Shown here in pieces: positions 63,778-64,000 of a stretch of 64,000 nt of DNA (positions within the stretch are counted from its first letter, which is position 1; each line of letters opens with the position of its first letter). The translations under genes were made by a program, and so were the position numbers. Origin of the DNA: an uncultured Nitrospirales bacterium (GTDB lineage: Bacteria; Hydrogenedentota; Hydrogenedentia; Hydrogenedentales; JAGMZX01); NCBI GenBank assembly GCA_964569295.1, contig CAZMVU010000003.1, positions 11,005 through 75,004 of the forward strand, written 5' to 3'. The notes under the pieces are model-generated. The model had not been told where the DNA came from, made no database searches, and was given only the letters and a program-made list of their open reading frames with translations.

Positions 63778-64000
63778 TTCGCGATGAGGTTGACCATCTT
63801 GCCCGGCACGTAGATTTCCTTCACGATCTGCTTGCCCTCGATATACTTTGCCACTTTGGGCTCGGCCTTCGCCGCTTCGAGGACGGCCTCCTTGCCGGCA
63901 TCGGCGGGCACGGTGATGACCGCCCGCATCTTGCCCATGACCTGCACGGGCACCTCGAGGGTGTCTTCGACCAGCAAGGATGCATCCACTTCCGGCCAGG
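63774..64000 (-). CDS. leuS: leucyl-tRNA synthetase, C-terminal end (gene continues past the window end)
   Basis: ...VPVQVMGKMRAVITVPADAGKEAVLEAAKAEPKVAKYIEGKQIVKEIYVPGKMVNLIAK matches the conserved LeuRS C-terminal domain (VQVNGKxRxxxxVxxD...V.K...G......IYVPGK..N.V). Confidence 0.85.
   Translation of the reverse strand, partial: WPEVDASLLVEDTLEVPVQVMGKMRAVITVPADAGKEAVLEAAKAEPKVAKYIEGKQIVKEIYVPGKMVNLIAK

Overview
GC-rich, densely coding bacterial chromosomal segment. I recognised no rRNA, tRNA, CRISPR array, transposase or integrase. A prepilin-like DUF1559 ('H-X9-DG') protein, TAT-signal Gfo/Idh/MocA oxidoreductase, TAT-signal sulfatase and several glycoside hydrolases suggest a PVC-superphylum-like glycan degrader; this is inference from gene content only. 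Gene order: (1) a peptidoglycan-recycling string on the minus strand (GH1-like, BadF-kinase::MurQ fusion, anmK); (2) a secreted metzincin divergent from a RadC-JAB::DinG helicase fusion, then pgi and a coupled membrane protein; (3) ECF sigma/anti-sigma, an HTH-REC regulator and a 1213-aa hybrid histidine kinase; (4) rhodanese, aldo/keto reductase, ankyrin protein, DUF1559 pseudopilin; (5) a tightly packed plus-strand cluster of HAD hydrolase, sulfatase, HAD::membrane protein, polyprenyl synthase and an anchored GH-like protein; (6) a group-2-like sigma factor, tadA, a metallophosphoesterase and a class II aldolase / MDR dehydrogenase / srlD-like set; (7) a GAF sigma-54 activator next to a near-consensus sigma-54 promoter that points through a ~300-nt leader at a coiled-coil/T2SSE_N protein; (8) a Cu/Ag-type RND operon (Cys/His-rich ORF, CusB-like, oversized CusA-like, TolC-like) plus an oxidoreductase; (9) a large secreted unknown protein; (10) a complete mrpABCDEFG antiporter operon; (11) GH20 and GH38 hydrolases flanking a lower-GC DUF4160/DUF2442 pair; (12) a zinc-ribbon membrane protein, a decayed thioesterase and the 3' end of leuS. 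The candidates I rank highest for undescribed biology are the sigma-54/bEBP/coiled-coil module, the RadC-JAB::DinG fusion, the nucleophile-less GH1-like protein in the MurNAc cluster, the HAD/sulfatase/polyprenyl cluster and the Cys/His-rich ORF heading the cus-like operon. All calls rest on reading the translations and DNA by eye; no searches were run.
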